From a virus, in IMG/VR virus record IMGVR_UViG_3300025789_000020: 64,000 bases of DNA; one strand, 5' to 3'. The notes below the pieces were generated by a model that was not told the DNA's origin, did not search any database, and saw nothing but the letters and a program-made list of their open reading frames with translations. Made by a program: the position numbers and the translations under genes. Below are positions 20,447 to 30,839 of the stretch, piece after piece; the stretch's first letter is position 1; each line of letters opens with the position of its first letter.

Positions 20447-23086
20447 ATGGACATTAACTTAGACAAAATCGCACAAGAATTATACGGTAAAATCTGTACC
20501 CGTTTTTCTGACGTCACTTTTGGTGATGAAGCAGGTAAAATATTAAGCCGTGAAGAAGATATCCCCGATGCACGATTCTTTGAATTTGAATACAAAGAAC
20601 AAGGCGAAGTGTTAGGTACTATTACTATTACACTTAGTCAAAAGAAGGGTGTATTTGTACAGTTAAGCGGAGACTTAGTTGACTCTAAGCATCCCAGAGC
20701 TTTTAAATTTATACGTTCTTTGAGAGATTTTGCTCGATCAAGATTGTTGAATTATGATGAAATAAATATAGGGAAGAATAATTTAGATAAACGAGATTAT
20801 CATTTCCAGACCAAATCCAAGGAAGAACCTATGATGGAAAGTAAAATGTACGGTACTGCTAAAATCAGTTACCAAGATTTAGGCGAAGCCCGACTTGTTA
20901 TTAAACACAGTCAGCCAGTTAACACTGATTTAGCCGCTGGACGTACAATGCATATTGAAAGCATTTATGTTGAAAACGCCGCAGGTGAACGTTTCAAATA
21001 TCCATTCAAACATTTAAGTGGTGCTAGAGCATTAGCAGAACATTTAAAACATGGCGGTATTCCTTATGATGCTATTGGTAAACACATTACAAGTCTAAGT
21101 GAAGAACTAGCACAACTACGTAAGTTTAAAGGTTATGTTGGTCGTAATGAATCTTTAGCAGAAGCTATGGGCGAAATCACAAATAAAGTATTTGAACGTA
21201 TTGAGCAAGTTAAAAAAGAAGTAGCAAGCCTTTCACGTAAATCATATTATGAGCAATTTGCAGAAGCATTTGAAGATCGTGAAGATCAAATGATTCCTGA
21301 AGACATTATGAGTGACTGGATTGATCGATTAACAATCCGTACATTTAATGAAGATTTAAAAACAGCATTTCCTTATATCTTCCGTTTAGTTGATGAAACT
21401 AGTATACCGACTAAAGAATTAGGTCCTGATGATATCCTAAGTGATGCATATAATCCAAACAATGTAAGCGCACAGCACGAAAGAGAAATGAGAGCAGGCC
21501 ATAAGGCAGAGCTTAAGAAGAAAGCAGATGCAGGTGACGAAAGTGCTAAAAAACGTTTACAAGCGATACACGATAAAGAAGAAGCTCGCCGTGATGAATT
21601 TAATGCTCGTATGGAACGTGAAAGCTACGATCCTATCAACGCATTTGAAAATTTCATGGACAGCATAGTAAACGAGGACGACGAATCAGAACCTCGTGAT
21701 AATTTGTTTAGTGACAATTTAACAGTACAGAAACAAGCAGTAGAAGATTTAAATGCAATCATGGGTGCTGAATTAAAAGTTGGCACAAACGGTGACGATG
21801 TTATTGGCAGTTTGACTAACAAGCATATTATTGATGATCCAGAATTTTTAAGTACATTTAAAGAATTAGATCCAGACTTAGATGCACGAGCAATTATACA
21901 ACAATATGTATTACAGCGTGATCCTAGTCTTGAAAACCAATTAGATTTTAGCGGTGACGGACAAGTTGGTGGCGCAGATACTGCACCTCCAGCAGAAACT
22001 CCGCCTCCAGCACCTGCTCCAGAAGCACCTCCAGCACCTGCTCCAGAAGCACCTCCAGCACCTGCTCCAGAAGCTGGTGCCCCACCAGTAGCACCTCCTG
22101 AGGCAGCGCCTGCTCCTGTAGCAGAAAGTTCTGGTGCGCCTCATCCTAAAGCTAAAATGATTAGAGCAATTCATAAAGCTAAAGAAGCCGGTGCTAAATT
22201 AGATACTAAATTAGACTTCGGCCATAAAGAAATGACCTTGCATGATTGTATTCGAGAGTGCGGAATGGATCCGCAAGAATTTGGGTTTGATCATGAAGAG
22301 CACGAAGATCCAGTTCACGGTATATTAAAATCAATCAGCGGTTTTTGGAACCCACAAGAAAAGAACTTTACTCTAGGTGGTACACGCACTAAGATTAAAG
22401 TATTGAAAGATTTTAAAGATGGTGCATTTCCGGGCGCAAGACCTGAACACGTTAAACACGTAATGGACATGATTGAAAAAATGGATCCAAGTAGTAGTGT
22501 TCACCAAGAGATGGATCATATTACACGTCTAGCCGGTGTGCATCATGATCATACTATTGACGAAGCTGGACAAGATGATGCTAAACAAGATTTTAATGCA
22601 CTAATGCAACAGTTTATGCAAAATCATCAGGGCGCTGATCCAGCGGCAATGTTACAACAATATCAGAAAGATAATCCAAACGCTACAGTTACACAAAACC
22701 ATACAAGCACAGGATCAATTGACGGCAAGCCTGCTAGTTATGATGATGCTATGGCTAAAACTAAAGGCATGCATCTTAAATTGCCAGCTATGGGTGATGG
22801 CGACACTGAAGATGAAATGGACTTTTCAAACCCACAAGCTATGTTTCAAAAGATACAAGGTAAAGTAGGTAAGATGGCTGGAAATATGCCTAATCAAACA
22901 GTTAGTATGCCTGGTGCTACTATGAATCCAAAAGACATGATGAATGGTATTATGAGCAAGATGCCACAGGGTGCAGGTCAAGGTGGAATGCCAGATATGG
23001 GTGCTATGATGAAAGGCATGAATATGCCTGGAATGAATGAAGACGCTGAACTAATGGCTATGCTTAAAATTGCAGGACTAAGATAA
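20447..23086 (+). CDS. Large hypothetical virion-associated protein with Pro/Ala linker and Met/Gly-rich tail
   Basis: Likely start MDINLDK right after TAAATA; ends in ELMAMLKIAGLR motif. Confidence 0.6.
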   Translation: MDINLDKIAQELYGKICTRFSDVTFGDEAGKILSREEDIPDARFFEFEYKEQGEVLGTITITLSQKKGVFVQLSGDLVDSKHPRAFKFIRSLRDFARSRLLNYDEINIGKNNLDKRDYHFQTKSKEEPMMESKMYGTAKISYQDLGEARLVIKHSQPVNTDLAAGRTMHIESIYVENAAGERFKYPFKHLSGARALAEHLKHGGIPYDAIGKHITSLSEELAQLRKFKGYVGRNESLAEAMGEITNKVFERIEQVKKEVASLSRKSYYEQFAEAFEDREDQMIPEDIMSDWIDRLTIRTFNEDLKTAFPYIFRLVDETSIPTKELGPDDILSDAYNPNNVSAQHEREMRAGHKAELKKKADAGDESAKKRLQAIHDKEEARRDEFNARMERESYDPINAFENFMDSIVNEDDESEPRDNLFSDNLTVQKQAVEDLNAIMGAELKVGTNGDDVIGSLTNKHIIDDPEFLSTFKELDPDLDARAIIQQYVLQRDPSLENQLDFSGDGQVGGADTAPPAETPPPAPAPEAPPAPAPEAPPAPAPEAGAPPVAPPEAAPAPVAESSGAPHPKAKMIRAIHKAKEAGAKLDTKLDFGHKEMTLHDCIRECGMDPQEFGFDHEEHEDPVHGILKSISGFWNPQEKNFTLGGTRTKIKVLKDFKDGAFPGARPEHVKHVMDMIEKMDPSSSVHQEMDHITRLAGVHHDHTIDEAGQDDAKQDFNALMQQFMQNHQGADPAAMLQQYQKDNPNATVTQNHTSTGSIDGKPASYDDAMAKTKGMHLKLPAMGDGDTEDEMDFSNPQAMFQKIQGKVGKMAGNMPNQTVSMPGATMNPKDMMNGIMSKMPQGAGQGGMPDMGAMMKGMNMPGMNEDAELMAMLKIAGLR
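22005..22075 (+). repeat. 24-bp tandem repeat x3 encoding PPAPAPEA
   Basis: cctccagcacctgctccagaagca repeated in frame. Confidence 0.9.
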
Positions 23087-23095
23087 GGAATTATT

Positions 23096-24100
23096 ATGAA
23101 AAAAATGATCAATGAAACAGAATTAAGAAACCGTGTAAATGGTTTACGTGAGTATCTAGCTATTGTTGAACAACAAAACGAAGATGCTCAATCAGCTGGA
23201 CAAGCAATTGGCAACGCCATTGGAACAGTTGGCAATTATGGCAAACAAGCTGTAAATGCAGTTGGTAATGCTGCCGGAGCAGTTGGTAATGCTGTTGGTA
23301 ATGCCGCAAGTGCAGTTGGTAATGCGGCTAGTGGCGCAGTCCAAGGTGTTAAAAACTTTGCAGGTGGTGTAGCACAAGGTGCTCAACAAGCATATGCGGG
23401 TCAACCAGCAGGAGGTGCAGGTGCATCACCTACAAAACCAGCGGCTAAATCAGATCCAGCTGTTATGAAAATTCAACAAGACTTAATTGCTAAAGGTGCA
23501 AAAATTAAAGCTGATGGTATTATGGGGCCAGCTACTCAAGCGGCTCAGAAACAATTTGCGGCAGCACCGGCAGCGGCAGCACCGGCAGCGGCACCAGCAG
23601 GCGATGCGGCAAAAAATCCTGTTGGTACTACAAATGCGGCAACCGCTATCCCAACAGGCGGACTAGAGAATCCAGCTAATCAAGCAAAACCTGCGGCAAC
23701 ACCTGCGGCGGCTCCAGCCGGCGCACCTGCAAATGTTACAGCACAAGGTTCTGAATTTGGAACTGATGCGACATTTGCCAAACCAGAGGCAACACCTGCG
23801 ACAGGCCAAGCGGCACAAAAACGAGTTTATAATGGTCCGCGTGACACAGTTGGACATATGGCGACGGCACCTGCGGCAGCACCTGCGGCAGCACCTGCGG
23901 CAGCACCTGCGGCAGCACCTGCGGCCGGCCAGGGTGCATCTCCAGCGGCAGCACCTGCGGCTTTTGATCCTACTGGAAAAACTCCAGCAGAAATACAAGA
24001 TGCTCGTAATAAGGGACTAATTGATGAATCAACTAGCAACCATGTAGTATTTGGTCAAGAAGAAAGTTTGGCTAGAATTATCAGTTTAGCAAGAGGTTAA
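23096..24100 (+). CDS. Ala/Gly-rich protein with peptidoglycan-binding (PG_binding_1-like) motif
   Basis: DPAVMKIQQDLIAKG...ADGIMGPATQAA. Confidence 0.7.
   Translation: MKKMINETELRNRVNGLREYLAIVEQQNEDAQSAGQAIGNAIGTVGNYGKQAVNAVGNAAGAVGNAVGNAASAVGNAASGAVQGVKNFAGGVAQGAQQAYAGQPAGGAGASPTKPAAKSDPAVMKIQQDLIAKGAKIKADGIMGPATQAAQKQFAAAPAAAAPAAAPAGDAAKNPVGTTNAATAIPTGGLENPANQAKPAATPAAAPAGAPANVTAQGSEFGTDATFAKPEATPATGQAAQKRVYNGPRDTVGHMATAPAAAPAAAPAAAPAAAPAAGQGASPAAAPAAFDPTGKTPAEIQDARNKGLIDESTSNHVVFGQEESLARIISLARG
23867..23925 (+). repeat. 12-bp tandem repeat (~5 copies) encoding APAA
   Basis: gcacctgcggca array. Confidence 0.9.
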
Positions 24101-24101
24101 C

Positions 24102-24923
24102 GTGAAACTAATTGACGTACTATATGAAGAAGGTGAGATAACAACAAAATCGTTATCTCCTGAAGAATACACAAAATGGTATGCCGATCACGGACTCACT
24201 CCTCCTAGTACGCCTGGAGGATATGCAACTCCAACTGACAACAGATATGCGGCTGGAGAAGCAGAATACCAAAAATTAGTCAAAGGTGGACAGGGAGCAA
24301 GTCCTACACCTAAACCAGCGGCTAAATCAGATCCTAAAGTATTAGCATTGCAACAAAAATTAATTGCGTTAGGTGCAAAAATTAAAGCTGACGGCATCAT
24401 GGGACCAGCTACACAAGCCGCAATGAAACAATATGGTTTAGATATCAATGGTAATAGTACTGCTAAGAATGTTGCGGCCGATGGCCAACCTCCAGCAACA
24501 TTGATGAAAGATACACCTGCTGGTCAATTACAAACACAAGCCGCACAACAAGCTAAAGCCGCTTCGGATAGAAGTGCTACAACAACCGATCCAGGACGAA
24601 CAAGTTTAAATGCAAATATTACCGTGGCACAGCCGACAGGACCTATTGCTCCAACAGCAATTAATAATGGTAGCGGAGTTGGTAAAAATGCAACCTTAGA
24701 TCCGGCACAAGCAAGTGCGGCTAAAGATGCAATGAGCGATCCAAATGTTAGTGCAAGAGATAAGGCATTTTTAGCTCAAATGCAAGGAAACACACAAGCG
24801 GCCGCACCTACTGCACCTACTGCACCTGTTAGTGCTAAGGCACAAGCTAGAGCAAGAGGACAAGCGCAACCTGTTCAAGAAAGTTTAGACAGAATTATCG
24901 ATTTGGCAAAATATCTGAAATAA
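24102..24923 (+). CDS. Second protein with PG_binding_1-like motif (partial paralogue of 23096-24100)
   Basis: DPKVLALQQKLIALG...ADGIMGPATQAA; DNA-level similarity to 23425-23545. Confidence 0.7.
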   Translation: MKLIDVLYEEGEITTKSLSPEEYTKWYADHGLTPPSTPGGYATPTDNRYAAGEAEYQKLVKGGQGASPTPKPAAKSDPKVLALQQKLIALGAKIKADGIMGPATQAAMKQYGLDINGNSTAKNVAADGQPPATLMKDTPAGQLQTQAAQQAKAASDRSATTTDPGRTSLNANITVAQPTGPIAPTAINNGSGVGKNATLDPAQASAAKDAMSDPNVSARDKAFLAQMQGNTQAAAPTAPTAPVSAKAQARARGQAQPVQESLDRIIDLAKYLK

Positions 24924-25075
24924 TATCACATTTAGAGCAAGAAATCTCTTGCAATGATAAATAAAAGCGTATACAATAACATGTATGCGCTTTTTCTTTA
25001 AGTAGATCTTAAAGGAATACAGGCAAATAAAAACGCAGAAATGCAAACACAAAGGCTATTAATAGGAGAACAATT

Positions 25076-26071
25076 ATGGCATCTTTAGCAGAAATCAGAG
25101 CAAAACTTAAGGCAGCAGAATCAAAAGGTTCAGACAACAACAGAACAGGTGGAGACAATTCCATTTATCCGTTCTGGAATCTAAAAGAAGGCGATGAATC
25201 CGTACTGCGATTCTTACCAGATGGTAACGCCGATAACACATTTTTCTGGGTAGAACGTGCAATGATCAAATTGCCATTCGCCGGAATCAAAGGTGAGTCA
25301 GAAAGCAAACAAACTATTGTACAAGTACCATGCGTAGAAATGTATGGCGATACTTGCCCAATCCTATCTGAAGTCCGTGCATGGTTCAAAGATCCAGCAC
25401 TAGAAGATATGGGTCGTAAATACTGGAAAAAGCGTAGTTACATTTTCCAAGGATTCGTTGTTGAAGACGGTCTAAAAGAAAAAGAAACTCCAGCAAATCC
25501 AATCCGTAGATTTATCATCGGACCTCAAATCTTTACAAGCATTCGTGCCGCGTTGGTTGATCCAGAGTTGGAGGATTTGCCAACTGACTTTGTACATGGC
25601 TTAGACTATCGTATGAAGAAAGGTTCAAAAGGCGGATATGCTGACTACTCAACATCAAGTTGGGCACGTCGTGAGCGTCCACTAAGTGACGAAGAAAACG
25701 CGGCAATTAAAGAACATGGCTTGTTTAACTTGTCAGACTTCTTGCCTAAGAAACCAGGCGAAGTTGAATTGAAAGTTATGAAAGAAATGTTTGAAGCGTC
25801 AGTTGACGGCGAGCCATATGACATGGAACGTTGGGGTCAGTACTTCAAGCCTGCAGGCATGAGCCAAAACACTGGCGACCCACAAAAAACATCATCTCCT
25901 AAGGCAGCACCTGCACCAGTACCAGCGGCAAGTGATGACTATGATGACGAACCAGCTCCAGTAGCTAAGACAGCACCTGCCCCAAAAGCTGAAGCAAGCA
26001 CAGATGCACCAGCAGGCGACAGCCGTGCTCAAGACATCTTGGCAATGATTCGTAACCGCCAAAAAGCGTAA
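25076..26071 (+). CDS. gp32: Single-stranded DNA-binding protein (gp32-like)
   Basis: LRFLPD, PCVEMYGDTCPI, YWKKRSY, ADYSTS, acidic tail; upstream of uvsX. Confidence 0.88.
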   Translation: MASLAEIRAKLKAAESKGSDNNRTGGDNSIYPFWNLKEGDESVLRFLPDGNADNTFFWVERAMIKLPFAGIKGESESKQTIVQVPCVEMYGDTCPILSEVRAWFKDPALEDMGRKYWKKRSYIFQGFVVEDGLKEKETPANPIRRFIIGPQIFTSIRAALVDPELEDLPTDFVHGLDYRMKKGSKGGYADYSTSSWARRERPLSDEENAAIKEHGLFNLSDFLPKKPGEVELKVMKEMFEASVDGEPYDMERWGQYFKPAGMSQNTGDPQKTSSPKAAPAPVPAASDDYDDEPAPVAKTAPAPKAEASTDAPAGDSRAQDILAMIRNRQKA

Positions 26072-26141
26072 TTAAAAACACGGCTCGGGCCTCTATGACT
26101 TAGTCATACGCCCGGGTTATCTATAATTTAGGAGAAATAAA

Positions 26142-26333
26142 ATGAGTAAATTAAGCAAACTAGCAAAAGTAAACGAGTCAATCACTATCAATCGTTATGA
26201 CAACGGCTATATGGTCGAAGTTGGCGGACGTGATGAAGAAAGCGAATGGAAAACCGCTAAGATTCTTTGTAACTCTGAACAAGATATGCTTGACGTAGTA
26301 CAAGAATGGACTACAATGGACTTGGATAACTAA
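26142..26333 (+). CDS. Small hypothetical protein
   Basis: AGGAG RBS, coupled to uvsX. Confidence 0.65.
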   Translation: MSKLSKLAKVNESITINRYDNGYMVEVGGRDEESEWKTAKILCNSEQDMLDVVQEWTTMDLDN

Positions 26334-26334
26334 T

Positions 26335-27390
26335 ATGGCTACTAAAGCGTTTGATTTATCAAAGTTTAGAAAAACTTTGACCAAGTCTATTGACGGCTTA
26401 GGTATTGGGTTTAATGACCCAACAGATTGGGTTAGTACAGGTAACTTTGCGTTGAACTACCTAATTAGCGGCGATTTTAATAAAGGTATTCCGCTTGGTA
26501 AAGTTACTGTATTTGCTGGAGAATCAGGTGCCGGCAAGTCGTATATCTGTTCAGGCAATATTGTTAAGAACGCACAAGAGCAGGGTATCTATGTTATCCT
26601 TGTAGACAGTGAAAATGCGTTAGATGAAAAATGGTTACACGCACTAGGTGTAGATACTAGTGAAGAAAAACTTCTCAAGTTGAACATGGCTATGATTGAT
26701 GACGTGGCAAAAACAATCCACGAATTCATGACAGAATACAAAGCTATGGAACAACGTCCTAAGGTTTTATTTGTCATAGACTCATTGGGTATGTTGCTTA
26801 CCCCTACCGACATCAACCAGTTTGAAGCGGGAGATCTTAAGGGCGACATGGGTCGTAAACCTAAAGCATTGACAGCATTGGTTCGTAACTGTGTAAACAT
26901 GTTTGGTAACTATAACGTAGGTATGGTTTGTACTAATCATACATACGCTAGTCAAGACATGTTTGATCCAGATGATAAAATCTCCGGTGGACAAGGTTTC
27001 GTTTATGCAAGTTCTATCGTAGTTGCTATGAAGAAGTTGAAATTAAAAGAAGACGAAGACGGTAACAAAGTTTCAGAAGTCAACGGTATTCGTGCCGCTT
27101 GTAAGATTATGAAAACTCGTTACGCAAAGCCTTTTGAAACATTACAAGTTAAGATTCCATACGAAACAGGTATGAATCCTTACAGCGGTCTAGTTGACTT
27201 GTGCGAAAAAGCCGGCTTGTTAAAGCAAGAAGGTAATAGACTCAAGTGGGTTGACCCAGAGACAGGTGAAGAGTTCAAATTCTACCGAAAAGAATGGAAA
27301 GATGATAAATTAGATATGTTAATGAGTAAATTTCATATCAAACCTTTAACAACAACCATTCCTGAGGAGACAGAAGAAAATGCTGAATGA
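26335..27390 (+). CDS. uvsX: RecA-like recombinase UvsX
   Basis: Walker A GESGAGKS, DSENA, VIDSLG, NHTY, SGG. Confidence 0.93.
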   Translation: MATKAFDLSKFRKTLTKSIDGLGIGFNDPTDWVSTGNFALNYLISGDFNKGIPLGKVTVFAGESGAGKSYICSGNIVKNAQEQGIYVILVDSENALDEKWLHALGVDTSEEKLLKLNMAMIDDVAKTIHEFMTEYKAMEQRPKVLFVIDSLGMLLTPTDINQFEAGDLKGDMGRKPKALTALVRNCVNMFGNYNVGMVCTNHTYASQDMFDPDDKISGGQGFVYASSIVVAMKKLKLKEDEDGNKVSEVNGIRAACKIMKTRYAKPFETLQVKIPYETGMNPYSGLVDLCEKAGLLKQEGNRLKWVDPETGEEFKFYRKEWKDDKLDMLMSKFHIKPLTTTIPEETEENAE

Positions 27391-27622
27391 AACCCAAGTA
27401 GGCGACATCTGGTTAAATTTTGTTGAGTATATTGACAAAAAACAATTAGAAACTGTTGCAGAACGATACATCGATTTACTTGCAGATTTTGGAGTAACTG
27501 ACCGTGTATTGCAGGCAGCCACTGGCGTTGACGAAATTCTTGACCAAGCAATTTCATATTACTTAAACGAAGATGAAGACGCTGAACCAGAAGATGAAGA
27601 CTTTAGGGAACTAGACTTTTAA
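27380..27622 (+). CDS. Small acidic hypothetical protein
   Basis: Overlap-coupled between uvsX and uvsY. Confidence 0.65.
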   Translation: MLNETQVGDIWLNFVEYIDKKQLETVAERYIDLLADFGVTDRVLQAATGVDEILDQAISYYLNEDEDAEPEDEDFRELDF

Positions 27623-28074
27623 TGTGGTATAATAAAATAGCCAAGGATATTTCTTATATCCCCGAAGCCGTTGAGTTCTATAATGCTGAACTAGATGAAG
27701 CAAGATTAGAATGTCGGATCGTTGGGAATATTGAAAAAGCCTCCGCATCAATGCCAGGAGTTGTTGAACAACGATTTAGCCAACTCCAAGAAATTGAGGC
27801 TATTTTAGAATATTTAAATATTGAACTTCGACGCCTAAAAAGCCAACATTTTCGAAAATATTTAGAGAACTATCAACGTGCTCTAAGTAGTCGAGACTGT
27901 GAACGATATTGTGAAGGTGAAGCAGACGTAGTTGACTTTGAAAAAATTATCAACGAGTTTGCTTTACTTCGCAACAAGTGGTTAGGTATTACTAAAGCCC
28001 TTGATCAGAAACAATGGCAACTTACTAACATTGTAAAATTGCGTGTTGCCGGTATGGAAGACGCAACCTTATAA
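27622..28074 (+). CDS. uvsY: Recombination mediator UvsY-like
   Basis: ~150-aa helical protein ending KQWQLTNIVKLRVAG; position in uvsX-uvsW cluster. Confidence 0.75.
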   Translation: MWYNKIAKDISYIPEAVEFYNAELDEARLECRIVGNIEKASASMPGVVEQRFSQLQEIEAILEYLNIELRRLKSQHFRKYLENYQRALSSRDCERYCEGEADVVDFEKIINEFALLRNKWLGITKALDQKQWQLTNIVKLRVAGMEDATL

Positions 28075-28098
28075 CTAATTTTGCCAAAAGGTAGACTG

Positions 28099-28131
28099 TA
28101 GGCCTTAAATAATATTGAGGCCTATTTTTTT
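28099..28131 (+). terminator. Intrinsic terminator
   Basis: TAGGCCTTA...TGAGGCCTA stem plus T-run. Confidence 0.7.
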
Positions 28132-28177
28132 GTCTAAAAGGTTGATTTATAAAATACATTAGTGTATACTTACTACT

Positions 28178-29380
28178 ATGATAACTGTTGATAATCTTCT
28201 ATTACAAATTGTAAATTGTTCTAGCCCATCTGTTGACTCTTTAGTTTCTAAAAAAGATTTTAAAGTACTAACAAGCCTAGCATCTTCATCAAACAGCTTT
28301 CTGTTTATAACAGAATCACAATCTAATTTATTATTAAAAATACTCAATGATAATAAGGAAAAATTAGTAGCAATAGAAACTGATATTTCTAAAATTTTAT
28401 CAACTCCTGAGTGGTCAAGACCATTTAGAAAAATTGAGCAAATAAGAAAACTGAATATTGTTAAAAATCTTGAAGATGAATCTGTACTTCAATTAGAAGT
28501 AACATCATCTGGTAGAATTCGTAAAATTTTGTCAGATGCTGGTAAGGTTATTGAAAACTTAACTCAGCTGTCTTCTGGAAAATATTACCAGGCTGACCTA
28601 ACTGAGAAAAATATTATAGCTCTAGTTGACCTGCTAACACCTCTTAATTTTGATATTTCAGAAAATATCAAAAATCACTATAAAACCATAAAATCATGGT
28701 CAGAAACTGAAATTCGTGATCAGTTGTTATTGACCAAAATTGAGCATCCAAACTTCCATAAAGCAATTACTGCTGACCTCGGAATAGAAACAGCCATTGA
28801 TCAAAATATTATAAATGACCGTAGTATGCGGTATCAGTATTTCACAGAAAATGTGAAAAATCCTGGTGAAAATTTGGTCGAATATGTGGCTAACAGATCA
28901 AGCACACGAATTTGGGTTGACAAAAATCAACACACACTAACAGAAGTCATTGCGACTTTAGTAAAATTAAGGCGTCTACCACTACTAGTAGTGTTTGATG
29001 GAAACGCTCCTAATAAATTCCAAGAAAATCTGGAAAATTTGTCAGATGCCCTGGAAAATAATGGAATTTTTGATCACGTAGGTGTTTACTTCAGACTGGC
29101 TAATGATGACGCTGGCAAAAAATTTAATTCTTTCATACAAGATAAATCATACAACTACAATCTAGATGACACAACTATAGTGGCTTCTTTGTTAGGTGGA
29201 AAAATACCGAAATTTTTCCTAAAAAATCCATGGAAGCCTATGAGTGTAATTGCACTTGATACTCGTATGGGTATGCGTCATGGAAAAACTTCAGTGTATG
29301 CTAGTTGTTGTGATTTAATAATTGAGTATGCAGATCAACCAACAATCCTTGAATCGAGTAAATCACAAATATGTCGGTAA
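28178..29380 (+). CDS. Hypothetical protein
   Basis: 400-aa ORF coupled to uvsW; no recognised motif. Confidence 0.65.
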   Translation: MITVDNLLLQIVNCSSPSVDSLVSKKDFKVLTSLASSSNSFLFITESQSNLLLKILNDNKEKLVAIETDISKILSTPEWSRPFRKIEQIRKLNIVKNLEDESVLQLEVTSSGRIRKILSDAGKVIENLTQLSSGKYYQADLTEKNIIALVDLLTPLNFDISENIKNHYKTIKSWSETEIRDQLLLTKIEHPNFHKAITADLGIETAIDQNIINDRSMRYQYFTENVKNPGENLVEYVANRSSTRIWVDKNQHTLTEVIATLVKLRRLPLLVVFDGNAPNKFQENLENLSDALENNGIFDHVGVYFRLANDDAGKKFNSFIQDKSYNYNLDDTTIVASLLGGKIPKFFLKNPWKPMSVIALDTRMGMRHGKTSVYASCCDLIIEYADQPTILESSKSQICR

Positions 29381-30837
29381 AATTAGTAATCCGAGACGAA
29401 GTTAATATAAAACTTGAAAATTTGCCACTAGATGCTCGCAAAAAATTAGCCGCGGCATTTAAGTATGAAATTCCTTACGCCCGTTATCATCCTGCGTATA
29501 AATTAGGACGTTGGGACGGAATGGTTAGTTTATTTGGACTTGGCGGAAATGGTTATTTGAGCCAACTAGAGAAGATTTTAGACATTTTATCTAAACAAGG
29601 TATTGATGTTGATGAAGTAGATGATTTGCGCACTACTCCTAAGATTAATTTTATTCCTGTCACTGAATCTTATTGGGCAGACTTAGGAAAAGTATGGCCT
29701 AGAGGACATCAGCAAGAAGGCCAGCCTATTATGCTTCGAGATTATCAAGTAGAAGCAATTAATAAATTTCTAGAAAATACACAAGCCTTACAAGAAATTG
29801 CTACAGGAGCAGGCAAGACAATTACTACTGCAACACTAAGTCATCTTGCAGAAAAATATGGACGTACAATTACAATCGTACCTAATAAATCACTTGTAGA
29901 ACAAACAGAAGAAGATTTTATTAGCGTAGGATTAGACGTCGGTGTATACTACGGTGATCGTAAAGATCTTAACAAAACTCATACTATTTGTACATGGCAA
30001 AGTCTTAACATTTTAGATAAAAAAAGTAAAAATCACGAGTACGACATTGTATCACTAGCTGAATTCCTTGACGGAGTTAAGACAGTCATTGTTGACGAAG
30101 TACATATGGCCAAGGCTGAAGTGTTGAAGAATTTGCTCACACAAAACTTGTGCAATGCGCCAATTCGTTGGGGATTAACTGGTACAGTGCCTAAAGAAAA
30201 ATTTGAATCAGAACAAATTTTTGCAAGTCTTGGACCTGTAGTTGGGGGCATCAAAGCTCACGAATTACAGTCAATGGGTGTACTTAGTGATTGTCATGTA
30301 AATGTTGTGCAGATGATCGATCTTCCAGAATTTACCAGTTACTCCGATGAATTAAAGTATCTTGTAACAGATGATGATCGAATGATTTATATCAGCAAAC
30401 TTATTAAGAAAATATCGCTTACTGGCAACACACTAGTTCTAGTTAATAGAATTGATTCGGGTAAATTTATTATTAATGAGTTACCAGAAGCAGTATTTGT
30501 ATCAGGTGAAGTTAAGACCAAAGACCGTAAAGAAGAATATGACGAAATTAAAACTAGCGATAATAAAATTATCGTCGCGACCTATGGTGTTGCGGCTGTT
30601 GGTATTAATATACCTCGTATCTTTAACATGGTACTTCTTGAGCCTGGCAAATCGTTTGTCAGAGTTATTCAGTCGATAGGTAGGGGCATCCGTAAGGCAG
30701 AAGATAAAGATTTTGTGCAAATTTGGGATCTAACTAGCACTTGTAAGTATGCGAAACGGCATCTTACTGAAAGAAAGAAATTTTACAAGGACGCTAAGTA
30801 TCCGTTTACTATTGAAAAAGTAGACTGGCAGAAATAA
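29371..30837 (+). CDS. uvsW: SF2 DNA helicase UvsW-like
   Basis: LRDYQ, ATGAGKT, DEVH, GLTGT, QSIGRGIR. Confidence 0.92.
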   Translation: MSVKLVIRDEVNIKLENLPLDARKKLAAAFKYEIPYARYHPAYKLGRWDGMVSLFGLGGNGYLSQLEKILDILSKQGIDVDEVDDLRTTPKINFIPVTESYWADLGKVWPRGHQQEGQPIMLRDYQVEAINKFLENTQALQEIATGAGKTITTATLSHLAEKYGRTITIVPNKSLVEQTEEDFISVGLDVGVYYGDRKDLNKTHTICTWQSLNILDKKSKNHEYDIVSLAEFLDGVKTVIVDEVHMAKAEVLKNLLTQNLCNAPIRWGLTGTVPKEKFESEQIFASLGPVVGGIKAHELQSMGVLSDCHVNVVQMIDLPEFTSYSDELKYLVTDDDRMIYISKLIKKISLTGNTLVLVNRIDSGKFIINELPEAVFVSGEVKTKDRKEEYDEIKTSDNKIIVATYGVAAVGINIPRIFNMVLLEPGKSFVRVIQSIGRGIRKAEDKDFVQIWDLTSTCKYAKRHLTERKKFYKDAKYPFTIEKVDWQK

Positions 30838-30839
30838 TT

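Noticed and set aside
21941-24039. Antisense ORFs with striking repeats (RCWRCFWS, PQVL, RRCC, QHLR)
   Set aside because: Shadow frames of Pro/Ala tandem repeats in the real plus-strand genes
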